This document shows positions 59,472 to 60,583 of a stretch of 60,583 bases of DNA, piece by piece (position 1 is the stretch's first letter; every line of letters starts with the position of its first letter). The translations under genes and the position numbers were made by a program. This DNA is from Candidatus Eiseniibacteriota bacterium. GTDB taxonomy: Bacteria > Eisenbacteria > RBG-16-71-46 > DASYSL01. A model generated the notes under the pieces. That model was not told the DNA's origin. It was given only the letters and a program-made list of their open reading frames with translations, and ran no database searches. The DNA is taken from the NCBI GenBank assembly GCA_031431875.1, contig JANPEF010000017.1, forward strand, positions 1-60,583. The letters are read 5' to 3'.

Positions 59472-60583
59472 ATGAGCTCCACCGCCACGCCCGCATTCGA
59501 TCCGCAGAAGGCCGAGGCCTTCGCCGGCCGCTTCGTCTCCGCCCTCAACGACGCGGCGCTCTGTCTCATGATCTCGATCGGCCATCGCCTCGGCCTGCTC
59601 GATGCGATGCGCGATCACGCGCCCGAGACCTCGGCCGAGCTCGCCGCGCGCATGGGCCTGAACGAGCGCTACGTGCGTGAGTGGCTCGGCGCGCTCACGA
59701 CGTCTCGCGTGGTCGAGGTGGATCCGGCCGACCCGAAAGCCCCGCGCTTCCGCCTGCCGGCCGAACATGCTGCGTTCCTGACGCGTCCGGCGGGGGCGGA
59801 CAATCTCGCGGTCTTCACGCAGTACATCCCGATCCTGGGCCAGGTCGAGGACGAGATCCTCGACTGCTTCCGCCACGGCGGCGGTGTGCCGTACGACAGG
59901 TTCCCGCGCTTCCACGACGTGATGGCCGAGGACAGTGGGCAGTCGGTGCTGTCCTCGCTCGAGGCGCACATCGTGCCGCTCGTGCCCGGCCTGGCCGATC
60001 GCCTCACTGCCGGGCTCGACATGCTCGACCTGGGCTGCGGCCGCGGGCTCGTGCTCATGCGCCTCGCGGAGATGTACCCGGCCAGCCGCTTCACCGGCAT
60101 CGACCTGTCGCCCGAAGCCACGGCGTGGGGTCGGGCCGAGGCAAGACGCCGCGGCGTCGCCGATCGGGTCACGTTCGTCGAGGCCGACCTGTCCGACTAC
60201 GACGTCAAGGCAGAGCCTTCGCGCTACGACTTCGTCACCACGTTCGACGCGGTCCACGACCAGGCGCAGCCGCTGGCGATGCTCAAGGGCATCCACCGCA
60301 CGCTTCGCCCCGATGGCGTCTACCTGATGCAGGACATCAAGGGCTCGAGCCACGTGCACGAGAACCTCGAGCATCCGATCGGCACCATGCTCTACGCCGT
60401 CTCGTGCCTGCACTGCATGACGGTGTCGCTGGCGCAGGGCGGCGAGGGGCTGGGCGCGATGTGGGGCGAGCAGAAGACCCGGGAGTACGTCGAGCGGGCC
60501 GGGTTCCGCTCGTTCGTGAAGCACGAGCTGGCGCACGACATCCAGAACAACTGGTACGTGATCCGCAAGGGCGGGGGAGCCGC
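59472..60583 (+). CDS. winged-HTH + class I SAM methyltransferase (Rv2258c-like), 3'-truncated by the window
   Basis: read manually because it has no stop in the window: SIGHRLGL, LNERYVREWL, MLDLGCGRG, FDAVHD and SCLHCMTVSLAQGG. Confidence 0.85.
   Translation, partial: MSSTATPAFDPQKAEAFAGRFVSALNDAALCLMISIGHRLGLLDAMRDHAPETSAELAARMGLNERYVREWLGALTTSRVVEVDPADPKAPRFRLPAEHAAFLTRPAGADNLAVFTQYIPILGQVEDEILDCFRHGGGVPYDRFPRFHDVMAEDSGQSVLSSLEAHIVPLVPGLADRLTAGLDMLDLGCGRGLVLMRLAEMYPASRFTGIDLSPEATAWGRAEARRRGVADRVTFVEADLSDYDVKAEPSRYDFVTTFDAVHDQAQPLAMLKGIHRTLRPDGVYLMQDIKGSSHVHENLEHPIGTMLYAVSCLHCMTVSLAQGGEGLGAMWGEQKTREYVERAGFRSFVKHELAHDIQNNWYVIRKGGGA

Overview
High-GC (roughly 70%, estimated by eye) bacterial chromosomal segment. 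Its secreted proteins end in either a FlgD/T9SS-like Ig C-terminal domain or an 'SWGxxKxxYR' tail, which suggests an Eisenbacteria/Krumholzibacteria-like lineage (inference only). The window is mostly housekeeping: a complex I operon containing only nuoA-E-F-H-J-K-L-M-N, moaC-moeA, an SBP-NtrY-NtrX-like operon, alaX, mutM, a peptidoglycan-recycling operon (murQ-ABC-anmK-spoIID-like), tRNA-Asp, speB-rlmI, mazG, alr-cdd-deoC-pdp and a 2-oxoacid dehydrogenase cluster. Small accessory inserts sit between these blocks: (i) a lower-GC SprT plus HIT-PLD-SF2 helicase-DUF3427 candidate defence pair; (ii) a solo NYN/PIN RNase gene preceded by a promoter, a two-hairpin leader RNA and a terminator; (iii) a frameshifted DUF3800 gene preceded by a promoter and a three-way-junction RNA; (iv) a DUF4160/DUF2442 TA-like pair. 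The strongest candidates for undescribed systems are the two 'structured small RNA + nuclease-fold gene' cassettes (type III TA-like), the SprT/helicase-nuclease pair, and a 69-aa poly-acidic ORF with a hairpin upstream of agmatinase. A long intergenic hairpin with a 9-bp-periodic CGTAC array is also unexplained. No CRISPR array, integrase or transposase was seen. Family assignments come from motif recognition by eye and RNA folds were paired by hand; no searches were run.
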